A stretch of DNA of 64,000 bases from a virus: the IMG/VR virus record IMGVR_UViG_3300021963_007890, positions 54,418 to 118,417 of that record. One strand, written 5' to 3'. The translations under genes were made by a program, and so were the position numbers. Shown one piece after another: positions 46,346 through 55,436 of this stretch. Within the stretch, counting starts at the first letter, position 1. Every line of letters begins with the position of its first letter. The notes under the pieces are model-generated. The model did no database searches, was not told where the DNA came from, and worked only from the letters and a program-made list of their open reading frames with translations.

Positions 46346-48400
46346 ATGAGAAAGATAATTTTAAACCCTTGGTGGGCTCTACTCACCCTTATAGCAGTTA
46401 TAGCATTAAGATTTTTTGATCCTAGTTTTGTAGAGTCAGTTAGATTACGCTACTTTGATCAGCTTATAACTAGTCAACCTCAAGTTGATGTTCCGGTTCA
46501 CACAGTGAACATTGATGAGGCTACTCTAGAGAAAATGGGTCAATGGCCATTCCCTAGAGGTGACTATGCTAAAATGATTGACGAATTGTATAAAAGAAAT
46601 GCAGGCTTAGTGGTATTCAATGTATTAATGCCTGAGCAAGATCGTTTTAAAGAAGATAAGGAACTAGCACAATATCTTAAAACGCACCCTGTAGTTCTTC
46701 CAGTATTAGGACATACAAAAGAACGTAATGCCACACAACCGCCCAATACTCAAGTTGTAGGACAGGATCCTCAGGGCAAAGTGGTAGAGTATCCAGGTGT
46801 TATCAGTTCGGTGGCCACAATAACAGGTCAAGCCGCAGGATACGGTGTTGTTAACACCTTTCCTGAAATAGACGGGGTAGTTCGTCGTATGCCTCTTGTT
46901 ATAGCTAGTCAAGGTAAATTACATCCGGCTCTGGCGCTAGAAACACTGCGAGTAGCAGCACAGGATCCTAAGGTGCAAGTAAAAATTGGTGATATTGGTG
47001 TAGAAGCACTTCGTGTTCCTAAAATAGGAAAGATACCAACCGATCCCTTAAGTCGTATTTGGATTGATTGGGCAGCAACTCCTAAAGAACATAGTTATAC
47101 AAAATTACCAGATAATTTTAATGGTGAGATAGTAATAGTGGGACTGTCCGCAGCAGGTTTAGCTAATCCTGTAGCAACTGCCAATGGGGAAGTTTGGCCT
47201 CACTATTTACAAGGAGCCGTTTTTGGAACTTTGGCAACACAAAGCCACATACAGAGACCAGATTGGGCAGATGCCGCTGAACTAGGTGCTATTGCTGTAT
47301 TTGGCATTGTTTTAATATTTTTATCAAGGTGGGTCTATGTCGGTATCGGATTTTATCTTATTCTTGCTGGTTCATGCGTGGCAGGCAGTATATACGGGTA
47401 TAGTAATTATAGGTGGCTTATTGATGCAACTCTTCCTACCCTTAGTATTCTTCTTGTAGCACTACACGCCTATACGGTGAAGTTTATTTCAGAATTTCTA
47501 CAGAAACAGCAAATACGCAAACAGTTCCAAAGTTATCTATCACCAGATCTTGTGGCTAAACTGATCAAAGATCCTAGCTTACTTAAACTAGGCGGTGAAG
47601 AAAAAGAACTCAGTATCATGTTCACAGATGTAAGAGGATTTACCAGCATCAGCGAACATTATGGCAAAGATGTTCAAGGTCTTACTAAGATAATGAATCG
47701 TTATATGACTGCCATGACACGAAAGATACTGGAAAACCACGGCACATTGGACAAGTATATAGGTGATGCTCAAATGGCATTTTGGAACGCTCCTTTAGAT
47801 GAAACTATTCATTGTAAGGAAAGTGTTAAAGCAGCATTAGAAATGTTAGAGGATTTAAAGGTATTCAATGATGAAATCACAAAAGAAGGAATACCAGCGT
47901 TTGGCATGGGCATTGGTATTAATACCGGTGTTGTTGTGGTTGGTAATATGGGTAGTGAACAGCGTTTTGATTATACTTGTCTTGGTGATGCGGTAAATCT
48001 AGCAAGTAGGTTAGAAGGACAGAGTAAGAACTATGGTGTTTTACTAGTTATTGGTCCTGTAACAGAAAGCAGATTAGAAGGCACAGCATTTAGTCTACCT
48101 TTAGATTGTATAGCGGTCAAGGGCAAACATGAAGGCGTAAACATTTTTACAGCATTTAAAAATCCTCCATCGTTAGAAATGTCAACATGGCAAAACGATA
48201 AACAGCGTCACGAAGCCATGCTTGACTTATACCGTAGACAAGAATGGACTAAAGCCCTTAAAGCAGTTGAATCATTAAAAGGCTGCTTTGGAGGACAGAT
48301 GGACAACTACTACGATCATTGGGTAGATCGTATCCACGAAATGGCCAAGATGAATTTACCTAAAGACTGGGATGCCACTTACAGAGCCACCTCGAAGTAA
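46346..48400 (+). CDS. CHASE2-domain membrane adenylate cyclase (class III)
   Basis: VNIDE..L...GQWPFPR and DGVVRRMPL (CHASE2); three TMs; MFTDVRGFT, LDKYIGDAQM and FDYTCLGDAVNLASRLE. Confidence 0.93.
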   Translation: MRKIILNPWWALLTLIAVIALRFFDPSFVESVRLRYFDQLITSQPQVDVPVHTVNIDEATLEKMGQWPFPRGDYAKMIDELYKRNAGLVVFNVLMPEQDRFKEDKELAQYLKTHPVVLPVLGHTKERNATQPPNTQVVGQDPQGKVVEYPGVISSVATITGQAAGYGVVNTFPEIDGVVRRMPLVIASQGKLHPALALETLRVAAQDPKVQVKIGDIGVEALRVPKIGKIPTDPLSRIWIDWAATPKEHSYTKLPDNFNGEIVIVGLSAAGLANPVATANGEVWPHYLQGAVFGTLATQSHIQRPDWADAAELGAIAVFGIVLIFLSRWVYVGIGFYLILAGSCVAGSIYGYSNYRWLIDATLPTLSILLVALHAYTVKFISEFLQKQQIRKQFQSYLSPDLVAKLIKDPSLLKLGGEEKELSIMFTDVRGFTSISEHYGKDVQGLTKIMNRYMTAMTRKILENHGTLDKYIGDAQMAFWNAPLDETIHCKESVKAALEMLEDLKVFNDEITKEGIPAFGMGIGINTGVVVVGNMGSEQRFDYTCLGDAVNLASRLEGQSKNYGVLLVIGPVTESRLEGTAFSLPLDCIAVKGKHEGVNIFTAFKNPPSLEMSTWQNDKQRHEAMLDLYRRQEWTKALKAVESLKGCFGGQMDNYYDHWVDRIHEMAKMNLPKDWDATYRATSK

Positions 48401-48442
48401 GGTTTTTTGTGCTACTGTTAAATACATTATAGGAGAAACGTT

Positions 48443-49129
48443 ATGTATCTATATGTAAAAACTCATAATGTAACAGGATTAAAATATTTAGGAAAAACTA
48501 CACAAGATCCTTACAAATATAAAGGATCAGGAACTCATTGGATAAGACATCTTAAAAAATACGGTGATAGTGTGACTACAGAAGTTTTATTAGAAACAGA
48601 CGATAAAAAATTATTACGAGAAAAGGGAATTTATTATAGTAATTTATGGAATGTTGTAGAATCTAAAGAATGGGCAAATATAGTTCCAGAACAAGGTGAT
48701 GGTGGAGATACTTCAAAGTCACCTAATCATATATCTTCAATGAAGAAAAAAGTTCCAAAAATATCTGGATCAAATAATTATTTTTACGGTCAAAAGCACA
48801 GTGTAGAAACTAAACAAAAGATTAGTCAAAAAAATAAAGGAAGATTAAAAGGGGTTCCAAAGCCAGAAGGATTTTCTGAAAAGTGTAGGGAACGAATGTT
48901 AAGCGGGAATAATCCAATGTATGGTAAAACACCATGGAATAAAGGATTAAAAGGAGTTCAACCAAAGAGTTTAGAAACAAAGAAAAAAGTTTCTGTGCCT
49001 GTTATTTTTAGAGGTGTAGAATATTATTCAATAAAAGAAGCAGCACGACAATCGGGTTTATCTGATTATCTTATTAAAAAGGAAGTATATGGAAATGGAT
49101 TACACAGAGTCCGTCCTAAAACTGAATAA
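48443..49129 (+). mobile_element. Free-standing GIY-YIG homing endonuclease with NUMOD-type DNA-binding repeats
   Basis: YLYVKTHNVTGLKYLGKT, YKGSG, FYGQKHSVETKQKIS, NPMYGK and YYSIKEAAR. Confidence 0.85.
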
Positions 49130-49271
49130 TCAAATAGCAAGTGATATCATGGACGCCCAAATACAATTCTTTGTCACTGCTTGGTTCTGGCCCTACTTTG
49201 TCATGGGCAATTTGGATAGTTGGCAAAAACTTGGTATAACACTTAACGGAGCAAGACCAATAAGGTGCTAA
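49089..49271 (+). CDS. Small hypothetical protein
   Basis: 60 aa; AAGGA RBS; abuts the next gene. Confidence 0.45.
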   Translation: MEMDYTESVLKLNNQIASDIMDAQIQFFVTAWFWPYFVMGNLDSWQKLGITLNGARPIRC

Positions 49272-50501
49272 ATGGACAAAAAATTAACCACCATACTGTG
49301 TAGTGATGTTATAGGATACAGTCGTATGATGGGAGAGAATGAACATCTAACTCTCCAAAAATTAGATCAATGTAGACAAATCATTGATCCCAGTATAGCA
49401 AAATACAATGGCCGTATTTTTAACACAGCAGGCGATGCTGTGTTAGCAGAGTTTGCCAGTCCCACTGATGCTGTAAAATGTGCTGTAGATATTCAAAACT
49501 CAATTAACAAACTTGATACGGACATGCGTTGGCGTATTGGACTACATCTCGGTGAAGTCTATACCTACGGTGATAATCTCATGGGCGACACTGTAAACAT
49601 TGCAGCCCGTATAGAAAGCACTGCTGATCTAGGTGGAGTTTGTTTTAGCAGTCAGGTCTTTGACGCAATCAGTGGTAAGGTTACTATGGACATAGAATGG
49701 CGTGGACCACAGTCATTTAAGAATATCAAAGATCCTATCAAAATCTATGCTATAAAGATAGCAGGTGCCCAGAAAAATCCTAATGTAGTTCATAAAGAAA
49801 CTGTAAAATATAGTAAAGAACAATTGATTAAGAGTGTGATCAATGACAAACCTGCCATAGGAAAAACTTTACACGATGCTCAAAATCTTAAACGTGATCG
49901 TCAGTTTGGTCCAGCTGTTCGTGTATTAATGTGGCGTATTACAAAAAAGTGCGGACCAAGCCTAAATGAACTGTTAGATATGAGCCAAAAAGAATTAGTG
50001 CCTGTGGAATTAAGACATGTTGTAGTAGCTATACTCAGTGAATATTGTAAAGGTGTAGACAGTGATCGTGCTATGACTATATATCGACTACTACAAGGAC
50101 CGTTAGGCGTTCATCGTAGTCTTGGATTACAATTTTTAAAACAGGCCGCAAAGACCAATCTCGAAGCTCAGATGGAATATAGTTCTACAATTATGGAAGA
50201 TCCACATAGTAGCCAAAATGAAATCACGGATGCTGTAGAACAGTTGGTCACTATGGCTCGTAGAAAAAGTCAGCCTGCTATGTTGAAGTTATGTGACTAC
50301 TATAATAAGGTGGGTGAAAAACATCAACAGTTTTTATGGTTGTGGGTATTGAGGGGACTGTTTGAACCTTCAGCACAAAACAAACTTCAACTGTTAATGA
50401 ACACAATTAACAAAACTGATTTTACTAATTGGAAAATAGAAGGAGAGTCGCTCTTAGATGAGATTAAATTTAAGAACGATCCTGGTAATTATGGTTATTA
50501 A
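49272..50501 (+). CDS. Soluble class III nucleotide cyclase with helical (Sel1/TPR-like) C-terminus
   Basis: ILCSDVIGYSRMM, TAGDAVLA, RIGLHLGEV and GDTVNIAARIE. Confidence 0.85.
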   Translation: MDKKLTTILCSDVIGYSRMMGENEHLTLQKLDQCRQIIDPSIAKYNGRIFNTAGDAVLAEFASPTDAVKCAVDIQNSINKLDTDMRWRIGLHLGEVYTYGDNLMGDTVNIAARIESTADLGGVCFSSQVFDAISGKVTMDIEWRGPQSFKNIKDPIKIYAIKIAGAQKNPNVVHKETVKYSKEQLIKSVINDKPAIGKTLHDAQNLKRDRQFGPAVRVLMWRITKKCGPSLNELLDMSQKELVPVELRHVVVAILSEYCKGVDSDRAMTIYRLLQGPLGVHRSLGLQFLKQAAKTNLEAQMEYSSTIMEDPHSSQNEITDAVEQLVTMARRKSQPAMLKLCDYYNKVGEKHQQFLWLWVLRGLFEPSAQNKLQLLMNTINKTDFTNWKIEGESLLDEIKFKNDPGNYGY

Positions 50502-51195
50502 TTTCAGCCAATCTTAGAAATTCAAATAACTTGAGATAACAATAACCAATATCTATTTCAAACCACTTACGGGATAGTTTGACACTTGCGGGATCAAGAT
50601 GGTGGTTGTTGTGCAACTCTTCTCCACCAATAACAATACCCCAAGGACAAATGTTCCTACTATTATCTTCTGTATTCCCATTTCTATATCCTAACCAATG
50701 TCCAACACCATTAATGACACCAGCAGCCCAGAACGGTATCCATAATACCTGTATAAGCCAAATAACAATGCCCCACCAGCTAAAAAACAATATGTTAAAA
50801 CTAAGTAAAAAAATAATTCCATGATAATGGCAGGGAGTATATAAGTTACGCTCTATCCAATCAGAGGGCGCATCGGGAGCGTAGGCCTTGATACCAATCC
50901 CTCTCTTAAGAGCAAGACAATAATATCTAACGCCACGTAAGAGAATATTGTAGTTGCCAAAAACAACAGGACTATGCGGATCGCCAGGCCGATCGCTGTA
51001 TCTATGATGCGCACGGTGAACTGCCATCCACTGCTTTGTAACCATACCAGTAGTCAGCCACAACCAAAACCTCATAAAGTGACTTAATAAAGGGTGAAAC
51101 TTGATACCACGATGTGCCATGCCTCTGTGTAGATATAGCGTTACACAAATTATAGTTATGTGAGTGGCTATCAGTGTCCATATTACCATCCACAT
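50470..51195 (-). CDS. Membrane fatty acid desaturase (DesA-like, delta-9)
   Basis: His boxes LHRGMAH, HRAHH, DPHSP and GEELHNNHH. Confidence 0.9.
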   Translation of the reverse strand: MWMVIWTLIATHITIICVTLYLHRGMAHRGIKFHPLLSHFMRFWLWLTTGMVTKQWMAVHRAHHRYSDRPGDPHSPVVFGNYNILLRGVRYYCLALKRGIGIKAYAPDAPSDWIERNLYTPCHYHGIIFLLSFNILFFSWWGIVIWLIQVLWIPFWAAGVINGVGHWLGYRNGNTEDNSRNICPWGIVIGGEELHNNHHLDPASVKLSRKWFEIDIGYCYLKLFEFLRLAEINNHNYQDRS

Positions 51196-51392
51196 TAAAC
51201 TACGCTGGCTGCTATATGAACAGCCTGAACTATGTACCTAAACATCTCTTCATTACCTGCACACTCCTGAGCAGCACGAACTTCTTTTATTTCCTGTAAA
51301 AGATAATTACGTTCTTCGAGACTTAGCTGCCCACCTCTGTAGGCTGCTTCTATATTGCTTATTTCTTGTATTAATGGGTGTGTTGCTGTCAT
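51195..51392 (-). CDS. Small hypothetical protein
   Basis: Start MTATHPLI, coupled to the upstream stop. Confidence 0.6.
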   Translation of the reverse strand: MTATHPLIQEISNIEAAYRGGQLSLEERNYLLQEIKEVRAAQECAGNEEMFRYIVQAVHIAASVV

Positions 51393-51763
51393 CGCTTGCT
51401 CCATGAAGTTATTACTACACTGATTCTGTCCTTGGCAGTTGTCTTTCCAAAAGTACAAAATATTTTTTTAGGATTGGATTTTAATTTTTCAAAGTGCTGA
51501 TGTAATCCTTTTAGGTTTTCAGTCTGTGGATCTCTGCGAAGTTCTGCGTATCTTGCTAAAAACATTGACTTAAAAATAAGATCATTAAATTCTGGCTTAT
51601 CGCAATCAATTGCGTCAATGTCTATACTTAAACTAAGAGCACGCTCAAACATTACAGGGTCGTGATCTCTCGGCCAATATTTCTTAACAGTATCTACTCC
51701 AGATTGAATGGTAGAACAACCTGTTATCAAAAAAAATAATAAACCTAAGAATAGTTTAATCAT
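51389..51763 (-). CDS. Lipoprotein
   Basis: Lipobox LITGC. Confidence 0.7.
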   Translation of the reverse strand: MIKLFLGLLFFLITGCSTIQSGVDTVKKYWPRDHDPVMFERALSLSIDIDAIDCDKPEFNDLIFKSMFLARYAELRRDPQTENLKGLHQHFEKLKSNPKKIFCTFGKTTAKDRISVVITSWSKR

Positions 51764-52166
51764 CACCAGCCGCATCTTTTATTTCTTGAGCAGTGGCTTT
51801 ACGGCCTTTAGAGCCGCCTATTGGTTTGGCGTCTTCTTCCGCTGCTTTCTTAGCAGCAGCATCTTCTTCACGTTTTTTCTTAAATGGATCTACATTTATT
51901 TCTTGTTCAGCAATAATACGCTCTTTGTCAATAGTTTTACCACGCAGTTGTAGTACAACTTCTACCTTTTGGTTTAGTCTTATTAAATCGTTATCTAACA
52001 TACGAATACGATCAATAAGAGCAATAAGAGTCCCATTAGCCTGTCCTATAACAGGTTTAACCACAGTGGTCACCCATTTCCAAACGAAGAAAATAAAGTA
52101 TCCCATGCCGGCGGCTGACACTATAGGAAATCCGTATTTGTTAATTAGTTCTGCTACGTTGTCCAT
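51756..52166 (-). CDS. Single-TM coiled-coil membrane protein (paralog of 52261..52536)
   Basis: YGFPIVSAAGMGYFIFFVWKW...RIRMLDNDLIRL. Confidence 0.75.
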   Translation of the reverse strand: MDNVAELINKYGFPIVSAAGMGYFIFFVWKWVTTVVKPVIGQANGTLIALIDRIRMLDNDLIRLNQKVEVVLQLRGKTIDKERIIAEQEINVDPFKKKREEDAAAKKAAEEDAKPIGGSKGRKATAQEIKDAAGDD

Positions 52167-52261
52167 TGATATAGTAATTCCATTAGGTAGCGAAACTCAA
52201 TTGGATTTTTATTTTCATCTATGCCAATTCCCCAGGCATGTATTAATTCCTGTAAAGACAT
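52154..52261 (-). CDS. Small peptide (35 aa)
   Basis: Manually translated: MSLQELIHAWGIGID...; TAATG overlap. Confidence 0.45.
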   Translation of the reverse strand: MSLQELIHAWGIGIDENKNPIEFRYLMELLYQWTT

Positions 52262-52536
52262 TAGTCTCTCCTTTGATCACTTTGTTCAGCGCGACTGATA
52301 CGATTATAATCTGGCTGAAGTCCAAGCGCATGGCTTATTTTTACATCAATACGTTGTACATCATGATTCATAGTTGATACCCTAGAATCAAGACCTTTGA
52401 TAATTCCAGCCATGCCATTAACACTAGATGTAACACCATCTAGAATAAATTTCAGTGTAAGGAAAACAAAGTAGCCAGCGGCCAGTGCTGCTGCTATAGG
52501 AAATCCGACATCTGCTACTAATTTGAAGAAATCCAA
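52261..52536 (-). CDS. Single-TM coiled-coil membrane protein
   Basis: VGFPIAAALAAGYFVFLTLKF...RVSTMNHDVQRI; TTG start with GGAG RBS. Confidence 0.75.
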   Translation of the reverse strand: MDFFKLVADVGFPIAAALAAGYFVFLTLKFILDGVTSSVNGMAGIIKGLDSRVSTMNHDVQRIDVKISHALGLQPDYNRISRAEQSDQRRD

Positions 52537-52596
52537 GTTACCGCTCCCAATAACAATTATATTTAGTGTTAATTGGGAGAGATTTTAACTACGCAG

Positions 52597-53331
52597 TTAT
52601 TCTAACCACCAGCATGGACTTTCTGGAAAAACCTGACATACATAATCCGCATTACGAGGAACACCTGGGGCACAATTTGGATCAGCTACTCTAGCCATAC
52701 CTGGAGCGAATTCACCCCAGCGATCGCCGTAGAAGTCTTTGACAATATTAGTGTATGGGACATAAAATTCAGGAAACTTTCCTTTATAGACAGTGTTATA
52801 ATCTTCATTAAGGTTATTCCAATTGATAAAATCTTGAACATTAGAACCTGCTATGATTTGAATATTATTCTCAGGGAAGTTATGTCTTGGACACCAAAAT
52901 GTCGTCCAACCTTGATCTAAATTATTAACATAATCTTGTATACGATGAGATATTAGAAACGCATCTGATTCGATGTGTATAATTTTTTCAAAGCCATACT
53001 TCTCTGCCAATTTAGCAGCAAACATAAAACTACGGTGCCAACCTGGACTATCAATAGGCGGATCATCTGGTTTCATCGGAGGGCGATGTCCAAGGTTTTT
53101 ATTGAAGTGAAAAATTACTCCTCTACTATCTGGACATGACTCAGGTAGGTCCTCGGCGTCAACAACTTCGACTCCTTCCCATTGTGGTAGAACTGTGCTA
53201 CCGTCATCTATCATAAAAATTTGATCATATTCTAAATTGCTGTTTTCAAGAGCATTTATCCAACGAGCGAATAAACCGGACCACCTTTCTTGATTAGTGG
53301 ACCACGATGTGCAAAATACAAAAGTTTTCAT
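52597..53331 (-). CDS. Glycosyltransferase-like protein (GT-A fold)
   Basis: MIDDGS and IHIESDAF. Confidence 0.6.
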   Translation of the reverse strand: MKTFVFCTSWSTNQERWSGLFARWINALENSNLEYDQIFMIDDGSTVLPQWEGVEVVDAEDLPESCPDSRGVIFHFNKNLGHRPPMKPDDPPIDSPGWHRSFMFAAKLAEKYGFEKIIHIESDAFLISHRIQDYVNNLDQGWTTFWCPRHNFPENNIQIIAGSNVQDFINWNNLNEDYNTVYKGKFPEFYVPYTNIVKDFYGDRWGEFAPGMARVADPNCAPGVPRNADYVCQVFPESPCWWLE

Positions 53332-53416
53332 AGTGAAATATTTAGTGCTTGACCTTTCATTGAAAAAATTATAGTATACTTTAATTAAAATAAATATCTA
53401 CAATTAAAGGATTAAA

Positions 53417-54217
53417 ATGGAGAAAAGACTCAGCTTCTGTCATCCAGGTACATTTGGTGACACCCTTTATGGCATGTGTGCTGTAAAATTACTAGGGGGT
53501 GGAGATGTTTACATAAAGCTAAATGGCATGAACGAAGTAGCCTATAAGGCTTTTGGCATGCCTGACGCAGGTGTACATGCTGGCAGATATACACAAAAAG
53601 ATTTAGATTTTTTGTTTCCCTTATTAGAGCATCAAAGTTATATTCATAAATTAGATGTATGGAGAAACGAAACTGTTGATTTTGATCTAGGAAATCATTA
53701 TAAATTTACCACAGGGCCAAATGGATGGCAAGGTAATCAAACTGAATGTTATGCTCTAGTTTGCGGACTTGATCTTACAATATATAGAAAACAGTTAAAC
53801 ATTGATCCGTGGTTGGATCCGGTAGAGCCAAAAAAAATTCCAGGACGATCTGTTGTAATTAATCGTACAGGAAGATATCTACAGGGCAGTGACCCAAAAC
53901 CAGAAATGTGGACTAAATGGATCAACGAAGGATTAGAAGATGTTTCTATATTCATAGGTACAGAACAGGAATGTGACACATTTAATAAATTGTTTGGATG
54001 TAATGTACCATATCGCCCTGTTAAAGATATGTTAGAAATGGCACAGTATGTTCAAGGTGCCGAACTGGTTATTGCTAATCAAAGTCCCGTAATGGCAGTG
54101 GCTATTGGATTAGGTAAAACATTCTGGAGTGAAACTAGAAAAGATTGGAATGCTTTTAAAAGCCCTCACGGTTGGGGTGATGTTTGGTTCCCTAGAGTTA
54201 ATGGGAATTATTTCTAA
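53417..54217 (+). CDS. Glycosyltransferase-like protein (GT9-like)
   Basis: HPGTFGDTLY; IANQSPVMAVAIGLGK. Confidence 0.55.
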   Translation: MEKRLSFCHPGTFGDTLYGMCAVKLLGGGDVYIKLNGMNEVAYKAFGMPDAGVHAGRYTQKDLDFLFPLLEHQSYIHKLDVWRNETVDFDLGNHYKFTTGPNGWQGNQTECYALVCGLDLTIYRKQLNIDPWLDPVEPKKIPGRSVVINRTGRYLQGSDPKPEMWTKWINEGLEDVSIFIGTEQECDTFNKLFGCNVPYRPVKDMLEMAQYVQGAELVIANQSPVMAVAIGLGKTFWSETRKDWNAFKSPHGWGDVWFPRVNGNYF

Positions 54218-54765
54218 TGCTAGCCACTGTTGAATTAAATCTTAAGCCAGCTAGATTAATTACACTAAAGTCTCATATAGATGACCGAGGTTGGTTTACA
54301 GAGACTTATAGAAAGTCTTGGTATGAATCTTTAGAAAATACAGAGTTCATATTCGAATTCAATACACTCAGCAAAATTCAAAAAACACTGCGAGGTCTAC
54401 ACTGTCAAAATGATTTAATGTCACAGTCTAAACTGGTGACAGTTTTACAGGGTAGAATTTTTGATGTCATAGTAGATGCCAGATTAAACAGTCCTACCTA
54501 CGGACAGTATCAGACTTTTATACTAAGTGACAATTTAATACAAACATTATATGTGCCAAAAGGATTCTATCATGGATTCCTCACGTTAGAAACTAATACG
54601 TTAGTTAACTACAAGTTAGATAACTATCATCTTGAAGAAGCCGAAACTGGTTTAATGTATAATGATTCTACTCTAAATATACCATGGCCTTGTGATCCGT
54701 TAGTAATAAGCAAAAGGGATCAAAATCATCCCTCTTGGGGAAATTGTTTCAAATTTAAGGAATAG
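54217..54765 (+). CDS. rmlC: dTDP-4-dehydrorhamnose 3,5-epimerase
   Basis: DDRGWFTE, LRGLH, DVIVDAR and LYVPKGFYHGF. Confidence 0.9.
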   Translation: MLATVELNLKPARLITLKSHIDDRGWFTETYRKSWYESLENTEFIFEFNTLSKIQKTLRGLHCQNDLMSQSKLVTVLQGRIFDVIVDARLNSPTYGQYQTFILSDNLIQTLYVPKGFYHGFLTLETNTLVNYKLDNYHLEEAETGLMYNDSTLNIPWPCDPLVISKRDQNHPSWGNCFKFKE

Positions 54766-54766
54766 T

Positions 54767-55423
54767 ATGAAAATAGCAATGTGTCAAGCCTGGGACAAAA
54801 ATTATGAACCATTGGCGCAAATTACATGGTATCAGAACAAAAAACTCTATTGCGATCATTGGCAGTATCCATATCATTTAAAAACTGATGGCTTCAAATA
54901 TCAAGTCAGCTACGAAAAAATTAAATTGATGTTAGATACTATGAATGAGCATCCTGAGTACGACTGGCTTTATTGGGCAGGAACTGATACGCTAATCACT
55001 AACATGTATATTAAATTAGAAAGTTTTGTTGACGAAAATTATCACATTGTTATGGCCAAGGATATCAATAATATCAATGCTGATAGCTTTATGATAAAAA
55101 ATAGTCAAGAAAGCAAAGATTTTCTAGCCTATATATGGTCCTTAGTAGATACTTACAATAGTCATCATTGGTGGGAACAGCAGGCAATGATAGACAATAT
55201 GGATAAGTTTGAACATTTATTTAAATTTGTTCCTCAAAAAACATTCAATAGTTTTTTATACAAGGAACTATATTGGAATATCTACAGAAGTTCGATTGAC
55301 AAAACAGGACATGATGGTCAATGGGAACCTGGTGATTTTCTGTTACATGTCCCAGGAACAGGATTACCTAAGGTAGAAATAATGAGTAAATTTTTAGGCT
55401 TAGTCAGACACATAGTAGCCTAA
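54767..55423 (+). CDS. GT34-like glycosyltransferase
   Basis: WLYWAGTDTLITN, WWEQQAM and GDFLLHVPG. Confidence 0.75.
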   Translation: MKIAMCQAWDKNYEPLAQITWYQNKKLYCDHWQYPYHLKTDGFKYQVSYEKIKLMLDTMNEHPEYDWLYWAGTDTLITNMYIKLESFVDENYHIVMAKDINNINADSFMIKNSQESKDFLAYIWSLVDTYNSHHWWEQQAMIDNMDKFEHLFKFVPQKTFNSFLYKELYWNIYRSSIDKTGHDGQWEPGDFLLHVPGTGLPKVEIMSKFLGLVRHIVA

Positions 55424-55436
55424 TGGAAAAAAAAAT

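Noticed and set aside
48400-49272. Group I intron around the GIY-YIG gene
   Set aside because: The flanking genes are complete and the intergenic space is too short for a ribozyme core.
46346-50501. Pycsar or CBASS defence system
   Set aside because: No adjacent cNMP-binding TIR or TM effector; the domain architectures are signalling-type.
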